From the NCBI GenBank assembly GCA_963665665.1, contig OY762428.1:3264001-3328000 (forward strand): 64,000 nucleotides of DNA, in the 5' to 3' direction. Shown piece by piece: positions 50,791-60,522 of the stretch (position 1 is the stretch's first letter; every line of letters starts with the position of its first letter). The notes beneath the pieces were generated by a model that ran no database searches, was not told the origin of the DNA, and saw only the letters and a program-made list of their open reading frames with translations. Source of the stretch: Candidatus Kapaibacterium sp. Its GTDB lineage: Bacteria; Bacteroidota; Ignavibacteria; Kapaibacteriales; UBA2268. The position numbers were made by a program, and so were the translations under genes.

Positions 50791-52665
50791 ATGAAAACAT
50801 TTATAATAACATTCGCTGCCGTACTTTTAAGTGTCCTGACCCTTAAAGCAGAAAAGACTACCCTTACAATCCTGCACGTGAATGATACTCATTCCTGCCT
50901 TAGCCCCGGCGCACCACGCGACGCTTCCCTGAATGGTAAAATTGGCGGCATTGCAAAGGCTGCCACAGTAATAGGTATGGTCAGGCAGGCAGATCCTGAT
51001 GCAATGGTCTTCCATCCCGGGGATATGTTCGTTGGCGATCTGTTCTTTAACAAATACTTTGGTGCTGCTGAATTCGGATTGATGAAACAGCTTGGATTCA
51101 CTGCAATGGGGCTGGGAAACCATGAGTTCGACCTTGGCCCGGAAGCTCTTCTAATGGCTTTACAGGAGGGTTTCGGAGCAGAGCCTTTACCGATATTATC
51201 AGCAAATATTAGTTGCGATGATGAAAATTTATCACCATTAACTGATTTAATTTCACCATATATAATCAAAGAAGTTAAAGGAATAAAAATCGGAATTTTT
51301 GGTATTACGTCTCCGGCTGCTATGGAACTGTCTGATCCCGACCCGATTTTGATAAATGATGATATGGAATCAATTCTTCCCGCTGTTATCACCGAGATGA
51401 AAATGGCCGGAGCCGAAATAATAATAATGCTATCAGGCCTTGGTGAACAATACGAAGTTCCTCTGGCAGAGGCGATTCCATATATTGATATTATCATTGG
51501 CGGTGATAATCATTATGTATATGATAAACCGCTGAAAGTAAATAATCCCGGAGGCAGTTCAACATATATTGTCCAGGCTGGCCCATTCTACAGGAATATC
51601 GGTAAGTTCGAGATTGAGTATGACAATGGTATAAGTAACGTGAAATGGGAAAATATTGCCCTTGATGAAACCATACCCGAATTCCCGGACGTTAAAGCCT
51701 ATGTGGACCAGCTTATTTCAGGAATTGAAGAAACATACGGGCCGGTTTATACTTCTCAACTTACAAGCGCCTCGGAAACATTTATCGAGGAAATGACGAG
51801 CGATGCCCTTTCAAAAAAAGGCGAAAAGGATACGCCGGTTGGAAATCTTGTATGTGAAGCATTCCTTGCTGCATTTCCCAACGCAGATGTAGCTATCGAG
51901 CCTGGCGGGTCAACTGCACAGCCAATCTATGCCGGAGCGGTAACACCCGATGATATTTATCGGACTATCAGCTATGGCTTCAATACTGATAACGGGTTGG
52001 GATTCAGAATGGCTACCTTCGATGCTACCGGAGCAACACTGGCAGCAGGGCTTGAACTCGGGCTAAGCATGATAGAGCAGGATGATGAATTCCTGATACA
52101 ATGCGCCGGAATGAGCTATAATTATGATGCCTCAAAAAATGAATTCAACAGGCTTACGATGGTATTAATTGATGGTGAGCCTTTAAACCCGGAGGCAACC
52201 TATACAATAGTTACCAATGAATTTGTACCGATGGTATTTTCAGCAATGGGATTTGAACTTTCCAACATTACTATCCATGAAGGCCTGAGCGAATTCCAGG
52301 TGGTTTCAGGATACCTGCAGAATATGAGTGAAATCACGCCCGTTCAGGATGGCAGGATATACAGCGAAAAAACTATCGGCGTGGGGAAAAGAAAAAATAA
52401 TTCGAAGAAAGGAGTAAACGATGTGAAGGTTAGTCCCAACCCATGTTCTGAAACTCTTGAAATTTCAATAGATACTGATCTTTCTTGTTCATCAAAGGTT
52501 AAAATATATGCAAATAACGGACAGAGTATATATCAGGTAGAAATTCCAGCGGGGAGTAATATCAATGAAAGTATTGATATATCTGATCTCAGTACCGGGC
52601 TTTATTTTGTAATAGTTAAAAACGGAAGTAAGGTTCGTACTGCCACATTTAGCATAGTCAGGTAA
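50791..52665 (+). CDS. Secreted 5'-nucleotidase (metallophosphoesterase + 5_nucleotid_C) with T9SS CTD
   Basis: ILHVNDTHS, PGD, LGNHEFD, SAN, IIGGDNH; tail VSPNPC...LSTGLYFV...FSIVR. Confidence 0.9.
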   Translation: MKTFIITFAAVLLSVLTLKAEKTTLTILHVNDTHSCLSPGAPRDASLNGKIGGIAKAATVIGMVRQADPDAMVFHPGDMFVGDLFFNKYFGAAEFGLMKQLGFTAMGLGNHEFDLGPEALLMALQEGFGAEPLPILSANISCDDENLSPLTDLISPYIIKEVKGIKIGIFGITSPAAMELSDPDPILINDDMESILPAVITEMKMAGAEIIIMLSGLGEQYEVPLAEAIPYIDIIIGGDNHYVYDKPLKVNNPGGSSTYIVQAGPFYRNIGKFEIEYDNGISNVKWENIALDETIPEFPDVKAYVDQLISGIEETYGPVYTSQLTSASETFIEEMTSDALSKKGEKDTPVGNLVCEAFLAAFPNADVAIEPGGSTAQPIYAGAVTPDDIYRTISYGFNTDNGLGFRMATFDATGATLAAGLELGLSMIEQDDEFLIQCAGMSYNYDASKNEFNRLTMVLIDGEPLNPEATYTIVTNEFVPMVFSAMGFELSNITIHEGLSEFQVVSGYLQNMSEITPVQDGRIYSEKTIGVGKRKNNSKKGVNDVKVSPNPCSETLEISIDTDLSCSSKVKIYANNGQSIYQVEIPAGSNINESIDISDLSTGLYFVIVKNGSKVRTATFSIVR

Positions 52666-52761
52666 TTGCTAAGTTAATAATTGCTCAGTTGGTAATTGAC
52701 TGTGTTATTTAAATATATACCGGCATTTACCAACTGAGTATAAAATCAGGAGGCAACTAAA

Positions 52762-53928
52762 ATGAAAAAGATGATATTTACTTCGATCTCAATTCTAATA
52801 GTTATGTTTCTCAATTGTATTGCAGGCGAAAATTCTATAAAGCAAAAAACCTCACCCCGCCAATACAAGAATCACTATTTCAATATTCTTGCAAGCGATA
52901 CTATAGGACTGAAAGTATTTCCGGATATTAATTTTTATGACGGAAACGGACTTGGGCTCGGTTTTGATGCTGTTTACCAGAGTAATAAAAAAGCAGTTAA
53001 TTATTCCAGGCTTGCAGCAAATATTAGAACAACCGGAGATAAACAACTACTGTATTCATTTGGATCTGAAAATCCGGAAGCTGACAATGAACAATTCTAT
53101 ACATGGCTTCTAAGCCTTGGGTATTCGGAATCAAGTACAAATTTCTATTTCTATTACAATGATTATTATGATAATAACAATTTTGGCATTAAACCACTCC
53201 TCAGGATTACAAGGGCAAAAGCTGATATCAATTTTGATTCCTACCTGAATATAAGCCGGTACACGAAAATAAAAATTGGCCTTAATTACACAAACAGAAT
53301 TCTTTCCGATACTACATACTTAAAGTCTTATTCAAGTAAAATTGACGATCTTAAAATGGAAAGAGATGAAGCCTTAGGAATAATATTAGGATTTGAATAC
53401 GATTCCCGAAGCAGTCTTTACAATCCATATAAAGGAAGTTATTTTTCTTTCGAATATGCTAATTATGAAACAACAAAAATTTATGAGAATGAACATTCTT
53501 ATATCAATCTTGAACTGATAAACTTCAAGGAATTGATAAGACAGTCAACAATTCAGGCATTTAGAATACGATTATTAAAAATGTGGAGGCATCCTGATCT
53601 AAATTTCCGGAATATACTGGGATTAGAAAATGCAATGCGAGGCTATCCATATTCATATTTCACTACAACTTCCTACTGGCTGATAAACTATGAAATCAGG
53701 CACAGGTTTGGAAAGAATCTAATGGTTGTATTAGGAGCTGATATTATGAAGGGCAGCGATAATAAAAATATTAACAGATATATGGATTATACTACCAGCA
53801 ACGAAGTAAAAGCCAATGTTGTATTCGGCTTCAGGCTGATATTCGATACTATGGTAATAAGGTCTGATTTCGGGATGATATTTGAAGAAACACCAAACGT
53901 TTCGGTCGGGCTGGGGCAGTTTTTCTAA
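52762..53928 (+). CDS. Omp85 (BamA/TamA-family) barrel protein without POTRA domains
   Basis: Signal peptide; YDSR...NPYKG, MRGY lid motif, RSDFG, C-terminal VGLGQFF. Confidence 0.7.
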   Translation: MKKMIFTSISILIVMFLNCIAGENSIKQKTSPRQYKNHYFNILASDTIGLKVFPDINFYDGNGLGLGFDAVYQSNKKAVNYSRLAANIRTTGDKQLLYSFGSENPEADNEQFYTWLLSLGYSESSTNFYFYYNDYYDNNNFGIKPLLRITRAKADINFDSYLNISRYTKIKIGLNYTNRILSDTTYLKSYSSKIDDLKMERDEALGIILGFEYDSRSSLYNPYKGSYFSFEYANYETTKIYENEHSYINLELINFKELIRQSTIQAFRIRLLKMWRHPDLNFRNILGLENAMRGYPYSYFTTTSYWLINYEIRHRFGKNLMVVLGADIMKGSDNKNINRYMDYTTSNEVKANVVFGFRLIFDTMVIRSDFGMIFEETPNVSVGLGQFF

Positions 53929-53990
53929 CACAACTTTCCTGGTTGAATTATTTATGTTTAAAATATTGCATATTAACATGTATCCATTTT

Positions 53991-54056
53991 TCAATAAACA
54001 GGATCCCTGATCTTGTTCAGGTCTTTATAAAAAGATTCTTTAAATAATATCTTCAT
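53991..54056 (-). pseudogene. Truncated RelE/ParE-like toxin fragment
   Basis: MKILFKESFYKDLNKIRDPVY* starts 2 nt after the antitoxin stop. Resembles the RelE N-terminus (F...F.KDL.KI). Confidence 0.6.
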
Positions 54057-54058
54057 AA

Positions 54059-54265
54059 TCAATCTTCAGGTAACAAATCCATTATTTTACTCTCTTCAAC
54101 AAATTCGGATTTTTCACCTTCCTGAATTGCTTTTGTAAGGACAATTTATTCTATCATATCTTCAAGAATATCTCGAATAAAGGAGTTATCTTCTCTCAAT
54201 ATTTCATAAAGAGCATTCTTTACCTGTTTCTTTATTTCTTCTGTTTCAATTATATCATTATCCAT
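54059..54265 (-). pseudogene. Type II antitoxin-like pseudogene with internal stop
   Basis: MDNDIIETEEIKKQVKNALYEILREDNSFIRDILEDMIE*IVLTKAIQEGEKSEFVEESKIMDLLPED*. Acidic, with AIxEGE motif. Confidence 0.6.
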
Positions 54266-54318
54266 AACTAATGGTTTTATTAAAAAACGCTTTGATTATA
54301 ATAATGTTGATACTCCTA

Positions 54319-55959
54319 TCAGCCTGCCACTTCCAAATCAATAAACTGGAATTTTTCACCATCGAACAGTCCCTTGTCGCTCAGCTTGATAAAGGGAATA
54401 ACGAGCAGCGCCATAAACGAAAGCGTCATGAATGGAGCGTGCAGCCCGGAGCCCAAAGCTTTGGCTTTTTTATCCAGCGCTGAGTATTTTGCTGCGGCCT
54501 CATATCCGTCACCGGAATTCATCAGCCCGGCAATCGGCAGGGGAAGTGTTTCCACGGTGGTTCCTTCAGCTACCGCCATGCCGCCCCTGTTTTCGATAAC
54601 AGCACTTACGGCAGCGCACAGGTCGTCGTCGTTTGTACCTACGGCAAGGATATTATGTGAGTCGTGTCCGACACTTGATGCAATGGCTCCTTTTTTAAGC
54701 CCGAAGTTTTTGATGAAAGCCACGGCAGGTTGTTTATCCTCGTACCTGTTGATAACAGAAAGCTTAAGTATATCCCTTTCGGTATCCGGAACGATACATC
54801 CGTCAGCTACTTTCGGGTCTTCAACCAACTGATTAGTAATTAATTCCCCGTCAATCGCTTCGATTACCCGAATTTTTCCGCCATTATGCTTCACTGAAAA
54901 GTCTTCCGGTTTCTTAATGGTGGCGTTGAAATAGTTGGGTTTATCTGTCATGATAGTAGGAAGGAGCGTTTTTCCTTTTTCGGCAACCAGTTCGCCGTTT
55001 ATATAGGTTTTCAGGATGTTCATATTTTTCAGGCCGTCGCATATAATAAAATCAGCGCTGTCTCCTTCCTGAAGTAATCCAACGTCGAGAGAATAATGAT
55101 TCACGGCGTTAAGCGATGCTGCCCTGAGAACTTTGAAAATATCGAATCCCATATCCAAAGCTCTATTCACTACCTGGTTTACATGGCCGAGGACGAGGTC
55201 GTCAGGATGTTTATCGTCGCTGCAAAGCATCACCATTTCCGGCCTGGCTTCAATTAATTTATGAAGGGCCTCGAAATTCTTGGCAGCCGAACCTTCGCGA
55301 ATTAGTATTTTCATTCCCCTGTAAATTTTATCAATGGCTTCGTCCAGGGTAAAGCATTCGTGATCCGTGCTTATTCCGGCAGAAATATATTTTTGGGCGG
55401 CATCTTCGGTGAGTCCCGGAGCATGCCCGTCGATTGGCTTGCCGAATTCTTTTGCCAGGACAATTTTTTCCATTACATCCGGAAATTCATTCAGGACACC
55501 CGGGAAATTCATCATTTCACTCATGTATTTTATCCTGTCGTCGCTGAGCAGTTCCCTGATGTCATTGGTTGACAGCGAGGCCCCGGCAGTTTCGAAGGGA
55601 GTAGCCGGCACGCAGGGAGAAGCCCCGAAGTAGAATTTGAAGGGAGTTTGTTCTGCGTTGTCCAGCATATATCGAACGCCTTCAATTCCAAGTACATTTG
55701 CTATTTCATGAGGATCGGAAACAGTAGCTACTGTTCCGTGCACCACTGCGAGGCGTGCAAATTCCGAAGGCGGCAGCATCGAGGATTCTATATGAACATG
55801 AGCGTCGATAAAGCCCGGCATAATATAATCGTCAAGCAGGATTTTTTCGCTCATCCTTTCAACGCTTTTAATTTTTCCGTTTTCCACTTTCACCCTGCCG
55901 GGAAAAATCAATTTTCCAACAATATCTACAACATTTGCTTCTATCTTAAAATTACTCAT
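54319..55959 (-). CDS. ade: Adenine deaminase
   Basis: PGFIDAHVHIESS, DPHEIANV, SCVPAT-like PCVPAT, EMMNFPG, DGHAP, TDHEC, REGSAA, SDDKH, HDSHN, LPLPIAGLM. Confidence 0.95.
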   Translation of the reverse strand: MSNFKIEANVVDIVGKLIFPGRVKVENGKIKSVERMSEKILLDDYIMPGFIDAHVHIESSMLPPSEFARLAVVHGTVATVSDPHEIANVLGIEGVRYMLDNAEQTPFKFYFGASPCVPATPFETAGASLSTNDIRELLSDDRIKYMSEMMNFPGVLNEFPDVMEKIVLAKEFGKPIDGHAPGLTEDAAQKYISAGISTDHECFTLDEAIDKIYRGMKILIREGSAAKNFEALHKLIEARPEMVMLCSDDKHPDDLVLGHVNQVVNRALDMGFDIFKVLRAASLNAVNHYSLDVGLLQEGDSADFIICDGLKNMNILKTYINGELVAEKGKTLLPTIMTDKPNYFNATIKKPEDFSVKHNGGKIRVIEAIDGELITNQLVEDPKVADGCIVPDTERDILKLSVINRYEDKQPAVAFIKNFGLKKGAIASSVGHDSHNILAVGTNDDDLCAAVSAVIENRGGMAVAEGTTVETLPLPIAGLMNSGDGYEAAAKYSALDKKAKALGSGLHAPFMTLSFMALLVIPFIKLSDKGLFDGEKFQFIDLEVAG

Positions 55960-56304
55960 GGTAAGCCCCATTTATATTTGAATATTTCTGTTTTTATCAA
56001 TAATTTAAGATATAAAAAAATATCCAAAGATTCAATATTATTAGATTTATCAGGCAATGTCATTCAAATTTTTCATCAGGAGTATCCACTCCCTGAGTGA
56101 ATTTTGGCATATCTTGTAAAAGTGATTTCGTCAGCTATTGGAAATTAATTTTATTTTACTATTTTAATTGTTTCAGTTATCTGCAAAAATTGATAGTTTT
56201 ATAGTAGATGTTAATTTTTTCTTTTAGCTAAAAAAATTATTATCCGGTTTGGGGCCGGGAGAATTCTGACAATTGAAATTATAACAATAAATGGACGGGA
56301 AATC

Positions 56305-56937
56305 ATGAAAAAATCAATCATACTGCTGATACTTTCAAGCCTTGCATTGTATTCGTGTATAAACCTGAAAAGTGATTACCCGCAGATTCAATATTATAAA
56401 CTGTCTCAGCAGCCATTGAGTGATATTGACTCGCCAATTATTGAAGAAATAATACAGCTCCGTGATTTTAGCATTTCCCCGGAATACAACACGGACCAGA
56501 TAATTGCAGTAAGCGATACGCATTTTGTGAAAGTTTACTATTACAGCCGCTGGGCGGCAAACCCTGATGAAATTGTGCAGGGAATATTTTATGAGAGAAT
56601 TAACAACTATGGCATATTTTCATCAGGAGTTCAAAATACATCAAGCATTACGCTCCCGAACTATTTTGTTGAATGCAGCATAATAGAGTTTTATGCCGTG
56701 AACGGAGAAGATGATGACAGCCCCGACAATGCCGTTGTTGTGACAATGAAAATGAATGTTATTAAAAAGACGATTCTTAAAACCGAAGATGATATAATTT
56801 TGAGTAAGATATACAAAACTACCGTTGGCAGGCAGGATAATTATGCTGCCAGTGTTTCTTCGGCTATGAGTAAGGCAGTTTGTGAAGTTTCCGATATGAT
56901 GATAAAAGATATTGTTGATGCGATAAAAAAGAATTGA
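56305..56937 (+). CDS. ABC-type transport auxiliary lipoprotein (PqiC-like)
   Basis: Lipobox LYSC; YYKL; YYSRWAANP motif. Confidence 0.75.
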   Translation: MKKSIILLILSSLALYSCINLKSDYPQIQYYKLSQQPLSDIDSPIIEEIIQLRDFSISPEYNTDQIIAVSDTHFVKVYYYSRWAANPDEIVQGIFYERINNYGIFSSGVQNTSSITLPNYFVECSIIEFYAVNGEDDDSPDNAVVVTMKMNVIKKTILKTEDDIILSKIYKTTVGRQDNYAASVSSAMSKAVCEVSDMMIKDIVDAIKKN

Positions 56938-56941
56938 TAGA

Positions 56942-57709
56942 ATGATGACAGAAAAAAAGGATAAAGATAATTTTGCAGCTGTAGATGTTGGGAACAGCAG
57001 AATAAAAGTTCTGATAGACGGAGAAACAATCTCATTCGAGATCAAAGAATCATGGGTGGAAAAATTTTCAAGTTTTATTTCAAAGATTGATAATCATTAT
57101 ATAATTGGAATTTCGAGTGTTAATGAAAAAGTCAATGCAGAGATCCTTAAAATATTACATTCAAATGAAATTACTAATTCTTTACCTGTTCCCGAGCTTT
57201 TGGACGAGCAGGAAATAATCGATTTTTCAAATGTCAGTGGTATGGGTACGGACCGGAAACTCGGAATTGCAGGAGCCGCTGCAGAAGCCGAACCGCCTTT
57301 CATAACAGTGGATTGCGGAACAGCTGTAACTGTTAACGCTCTTGACGAAGGTAATATTTGCCTTGGCGGTGCAATTTTTCCGGGATTACACACCCAGATC
57401 AGGGCGTTGCATGAATTCACGTCTGCACTGCCATGCCCCGAATACAGGAAAACCAATGCTGCAGCAGGAAGAAATACCGAGGAAGCAATTTTATCCGGAT
57501 CATTGCACTCGGTTGCCGGAGGAATTATCCAACTGGTTCGAAATATTGAACTTCAGGAGTTTGCCGGCATCTCGGTACCGGTATATGTTACAGGCGGATA
57601 TGCAGAAGAAGTAATTCCTTTTTTGAAAGGTCATCTTTTCCCCTTAATTTTGAATAAATCCTTAGTTAGCGACGGGATTTTGTTTTTATTGAAAAATTTA
57701 AAAAAGTAA
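56942..57709 (+). CDS. coaX: Type III pantothenate kinase
   Basis: DVGNSRIK, ISSV, GTDR, VDCGTAVT, GGAIFPG, TGG. Confidence 0.92.
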   Translation: MMTEKKDKDNFAAVDVGNSRIKVLIDGETISFEIKESWVEKFSSFISKIDNHYIIGISSVNEKVNAEILKILHSNEITNSLPVPELLDEQEIIDFSNVSGMGTDRKLGIAGAAAEAEPPFITVDCGTAVTVNALDEGNICLGGAIFPGLHTQIRALHEFTSALPCPEYRKTNAAAGRNTEEAILSGSLHSVAGGIIQLVRNIELQEFAGISVPVYVTGGYAEEVIPFLKGHLFPLILNKSLVSDGILFLLKNLKK

Positions 57710-57718
57710 GCTGTAGAA

Positions 57719-58474
57719 ATGATTAAAAATAAAAAAGTTGTTGTAGTATTGCCGGCATATAATGCCGAAAAAACTCTGGAAAAAACCTATCGTGAAATTC
57801 CCACCGAGATAGTTGACGAAGTGGTGCTTGTTGACGATTGCAGCAGCGATGAAACTGTTAGAGAAGGAAAGCGGCTCGGCATAAAACATATTATCCGGCA
57901 TGAGGAAAACACGGGTTACGGCGGTAATCAGAAAAGCTGCTACAACAAGGCGCTGGAACTTAATGCCGATATTGTTATCATGCTCCACCCGGATTATCAA
58001 TACACACCCCAGCTTCTTCATTCAATGGCATATCTTATAGCAAACGATGTATATCCTGTTGTTCTTGGCTCCAGGATACTGGGTAAAGGAGCACTTAAAG
58101 GCGGAATGCCTATCTACAAATATATAGCAAACCGTTTCCTTACATTTTTTCAGAACCTGCTGATTGATCAGAAACTATCAGAGTACCACACTGGCTACAG
58201 GGCATTTTCCGGCGAGGTATTGAAGAACATCAACTTCATGGCCAATTCCGACGATTTCATTTTCGACAACCAGATGCTTTCGCAGATTTTTATGGCCGGA
58301 TTTGATATTGCCGAGATAACCTGCCCCACTAAATATTTCAAGGAAGCTTCCTCAATAAATTTCCGAAGAAGTTCGAAATACGGCCTCGGAGTGATGAGTG
58401 TCTCCATCCTGCATCGCCTGAATATGTGGAAAATCCTGAAATCAGAAATTTATAAGAAGCCCGGGCGTGGGTAG
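57719..58474 (+). CDS. Glycosyltransferase family 2 (DPM-synthase-like)
   Basis: VVLPAYN, VDDCSSD, GYGGNQK, HPDYQY, GSR, HTGYRAF. Confidence 0.92.
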   Translation: MIKNKKVVVVLPAYNAEKTLEKTYREIPTEIVDEVVLVDDCSSDETVREGKRLGIKHIIRHEENTGYGGNQKSCYNKALELNADIVIMLHPDYQYTPQLLHSMAYLIANDVYPVVLGSRILGKGALKGGMPIYKYIANRFLTFFQNLLIDQKLSEYHTGYRAFSGEVLKNINFMANSDDFIFDNQMLSQIFMAGFDIAEITCPTKYFKEASSINFRRSSKYGLGVMSVSILHRLNMWKILKSEIYKKPGRG

Positions 58475-58539
58475 GGGAATGTTATTTCGGATAATTCTCT
58501 TGATGAAGTATATCTTTTAATTATGGAAAATCCTCGAAT

Positions 58540-58566
58540 GGATTCTTCGCTGACGCTCAGAATGAC
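58540..58566. repeat. Half-copy of the REP-like element seen at 941-1006
   Basis: GGATTCTTCGCTGACGCTCAGAATGAC. Confidence 0.55.
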
Positions 58567-58766
58567 CGCTTTATTTAGTTTTTCCATATATTAAAAGTTC
58601 AGCTGAATATTAACGATTTTTGAAAAACTATTATTTATCGGATAAAATATATCCAATCCTAAAACAAGTTCGATCTTTTTTCGTAATTCTAATTGTTCGG
58701 GCGCTATTCCGCCTGAAATGATTATATTTGAAAAAAATAAAACAGTAGATTACAGGGAGACATTTC

Positions 58767-59576
58767 ATGAAACACTATTCGCAAAAATTGTTAATACTTT
58801 TCATTCTTGCATTTTCAGCTTCAAATATGTTTGCCCAGGATGACGAGCTGGATGAGGAAATCCGCAGAATGCAATTCAATGAAGGTAATTTTGAACAGGA
58901 GCAATCATACTTCGTTGTTGGCGCTGGTTATACTCTGCGTTTTCTTATGGCTAACTATGATGATTTGAACAGCATGTTGTCCGCCAGGGATTTCGGATTC
59001 GAGGATCTTTCCAACCCGGTAATAATGCACGGTATGGAAGCCAATATAGCTCTTTCCGTTATTCAAAGTTCCTTCCTGAGGAAGATGAGGGTAGGGATTT
59101 TCTCCACCGGCGGTACTGAATCTGTGGAAACAAATATCACTATTGACGGCACCGATTACCTGAGAAAACTTGACTATAACGTTGGTTTCTGGGGATTTTC
59201 CCTTGATTATGCCATTCAGCCCATGAGCAAGCTTGCAATCCTTCCCGGTGTTGAATTTGGTTTCGGAAATATGAAAATTGATATATCCCAAACCAGTGAT
59301 ATGGACTGGGCAAATATACAGCCGCAAAGCGACGGCAATAACTGGCTGAAGAGCCTTGAAGCAGATTATATTAACCTTACTCCGAGAGTTAACCTTGAAT
59401 GGTCGGCAACTGACTTCCTGCTTTTCCGGGGTACAGCCGGATACAGCCTGGCATTCCTAAGCGCCAGCGACTGGAAATACAATATTGAAGGCAGCCTGAA
59501 AAATGCTCCAGACAAATTGAATTCCGACGGCCTGATGCTGCAATTCGGAGTTTCAATCGGACTTTTCAATATGTAA
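58767..59576 (+). CDS. Putative outer-membrane beta-barrel protein
   Basis: Signal peptide (AQ cleavage); alternating amphipathic strands; C-terminal FGVSIGLF. Confidence 0.7.
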   Translation: MKHYSQKLLILFILAFSASNMFAQDDELDEEIRRMQFNEGNFEQEQSYFVVGAGYTLRFLMANYDDLNSMLSARDFGFEDLSNPVIMHGMEANIALSVIQSSFLRKMRVGIFSTGGTESVETNITIDGTDYLRKLDYNVGFWGFSLDYAIQPMSKLAILPGVEFGFGNMKIDISQTSDMDWANIQPQSDGNNWLKSLEADYINLTPRVNLEWSATDFLLFRGTAGYSLAFLSASDWKYNIEGSLKNAPDKLNSDGLMLQFGVSIGLFNM

Positions 59577-59611
59577 TGGTCTTCTTTGTATATAAAAAAT
59601 TCAAAATAATT

Positions 59612-59642
59612 TTTGGAAATTAAAATTTATGTAGTATTTTTG
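59612..59642 (+). promoter_or_regulatory. Bacteroidota-type promoter for tRNA-CAT
   Basis: TTTG 59612-59615, N19, TATTTTTG 59635-59642. Confidence 0.65.
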
Positions 59643-59666
59643 TATGCTCTGACGGAGACGTCAGCC

Positions 59667-59740
59667 GGGCCTGTAGCTCAGTTGGTTAGAGCAACGGACT
59701 CATAATCCGTCGGTCGGGGGTTCAAGTCCCTCCGGGCCCA
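59667..59740 (+). tRNA. tRNA with CAT anticodon, probably tRNA-Ile2 (lysidine); CCA not encoded
   Basis: Cloverleaf with acceptor GGGCCTG/CGGGCCC-A and anticodon arm ACGGA-CTCATAA-TCCGT. C4:G69 and C5:G68 are TilS-type determinants. It lacks initiator features (no C1:A72 mismatch, no three G:C anticodon-stem pairs). Confidence 0.9.
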
Positions 59741-59754
59741 CAAGACAAAATATT

Positions 59755-59790
59755 AAGCCTTTGTAAAATAATAATTTATAAAGGCTTTTT
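59755..59790 (+). terminator. Intrinsic terminator after the tRNA
   Basis: AAGCCTTTGTAAA...TTTATAAAGGCTTTTT. Confidence 0.65.
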
Positions 59791-59980
59791 CTTTTCTACT
59801 CAAATGTTTCATAAACTTTTCTGGTACATTTTTTTATGATAATTTGCAATATTGGAATTGAATGCTCGTGGAGGAGTTTTCCGGTTTGGCATAGCGAAGG
59901 GTAGAAAAAAAATTTAATCAAAGCGGCAGTCAAAAACTGACTGGCGTTTTTCGTGGTTTGATATTAATTTTCCGAATACA

Positions 59981-60118
59981 ATTATTAATCTTGTAGAAGA
60001 ATTCGGCCGGCTCGTCTATAAGCTCTACAACCTGACAGAAGAAGAGATAATGATTGTGGAGGGGGGGGTGAAAGAGAAAAGTGAAAAATCGTTACTGAAA
60101 TACAGAAAACGATTATAA
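59981..60118 (+). pseudogene. C-terminal remnant of a type IIG/IIL restriction-modification enzyme
   Basis: IINLVEEFGRLVYKLYNLTEEEIMIVEG matches the characteristic IDxLVYxLYxLTxEEIxIVEG terminus. Confidence 0.65.
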
Positions 60119-60300
60119 GAATTGTTTATGATGTAATAAGAAAACTTCTATTGAAAATTGAAGAATCAAAATCTGAAGATTATTTAGAGCCAAAGGATGA
60201 TATTGATAAATATCACATGGTTCTCATTGTAAATCGAAATTAGTTAAAGGTGGTATTCAGACTTTTGAAAACAATTCAGAAGATGTTTGGGTTCTTCGTT
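60115..60300 (+). pseudogene. DUF2513-like remnant
   Basis: (I)RIVYDVIRKLLLKIEE...DKYHMVLI, then a frameshift to VKGG...VWVLR. Start codon lost and 3' end truncated. Confidence 0.45.
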
Positions 60301-60468
60301 CTGTTCAGGATGACCTGCCATTCCTGCCTTCGTCAAATTCAATAGCCACATGGTTTAGCTCGTGGATAAAGATGCCCCGTTCGGAGGCTGAGAAAAAGAG
60401 TCCACCTCCGCCAGCTTGCGTAGATGCCCCGCCGGCGTGGGGATAATCATTCAATCAGTATAATCGGC

Positions 60469-60500
60469 AAAAAAGGGCGGCCCTGGTAGAACCGCCCTTT
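60469..60500 (-). terminator. Intrinsic terminator
   Basis: AAAAAAGGGCGG...CCGCCCTTT. Confidence 0.75.
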
Positions 60501-60522
60501 AGCATTTCTAATATTTTTTTAA

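Noticed and set aside
52683-52738. tRNA fragment (GCTCAGTTGGTA resembles a D-arm)
   Set aside because: No anticodon or T arm. It is one arm of a 12-bp inverted repeat.
56060-56110. Purine riboswitch upstream of ade
   Set aside because: An imperfect hairpin is present, but the conserved purine-aptamer motifs are not seen on the minus strand.
9705-58407. Numerous 60-250-aa ORFs overlapping the called genes (e.g. 9705-10457, 32669-33151, 50889-51497, 54374-54832)
   Set aside because: Antisense or alternate-frame shadows of well-supported genes, with no motifs of their own.
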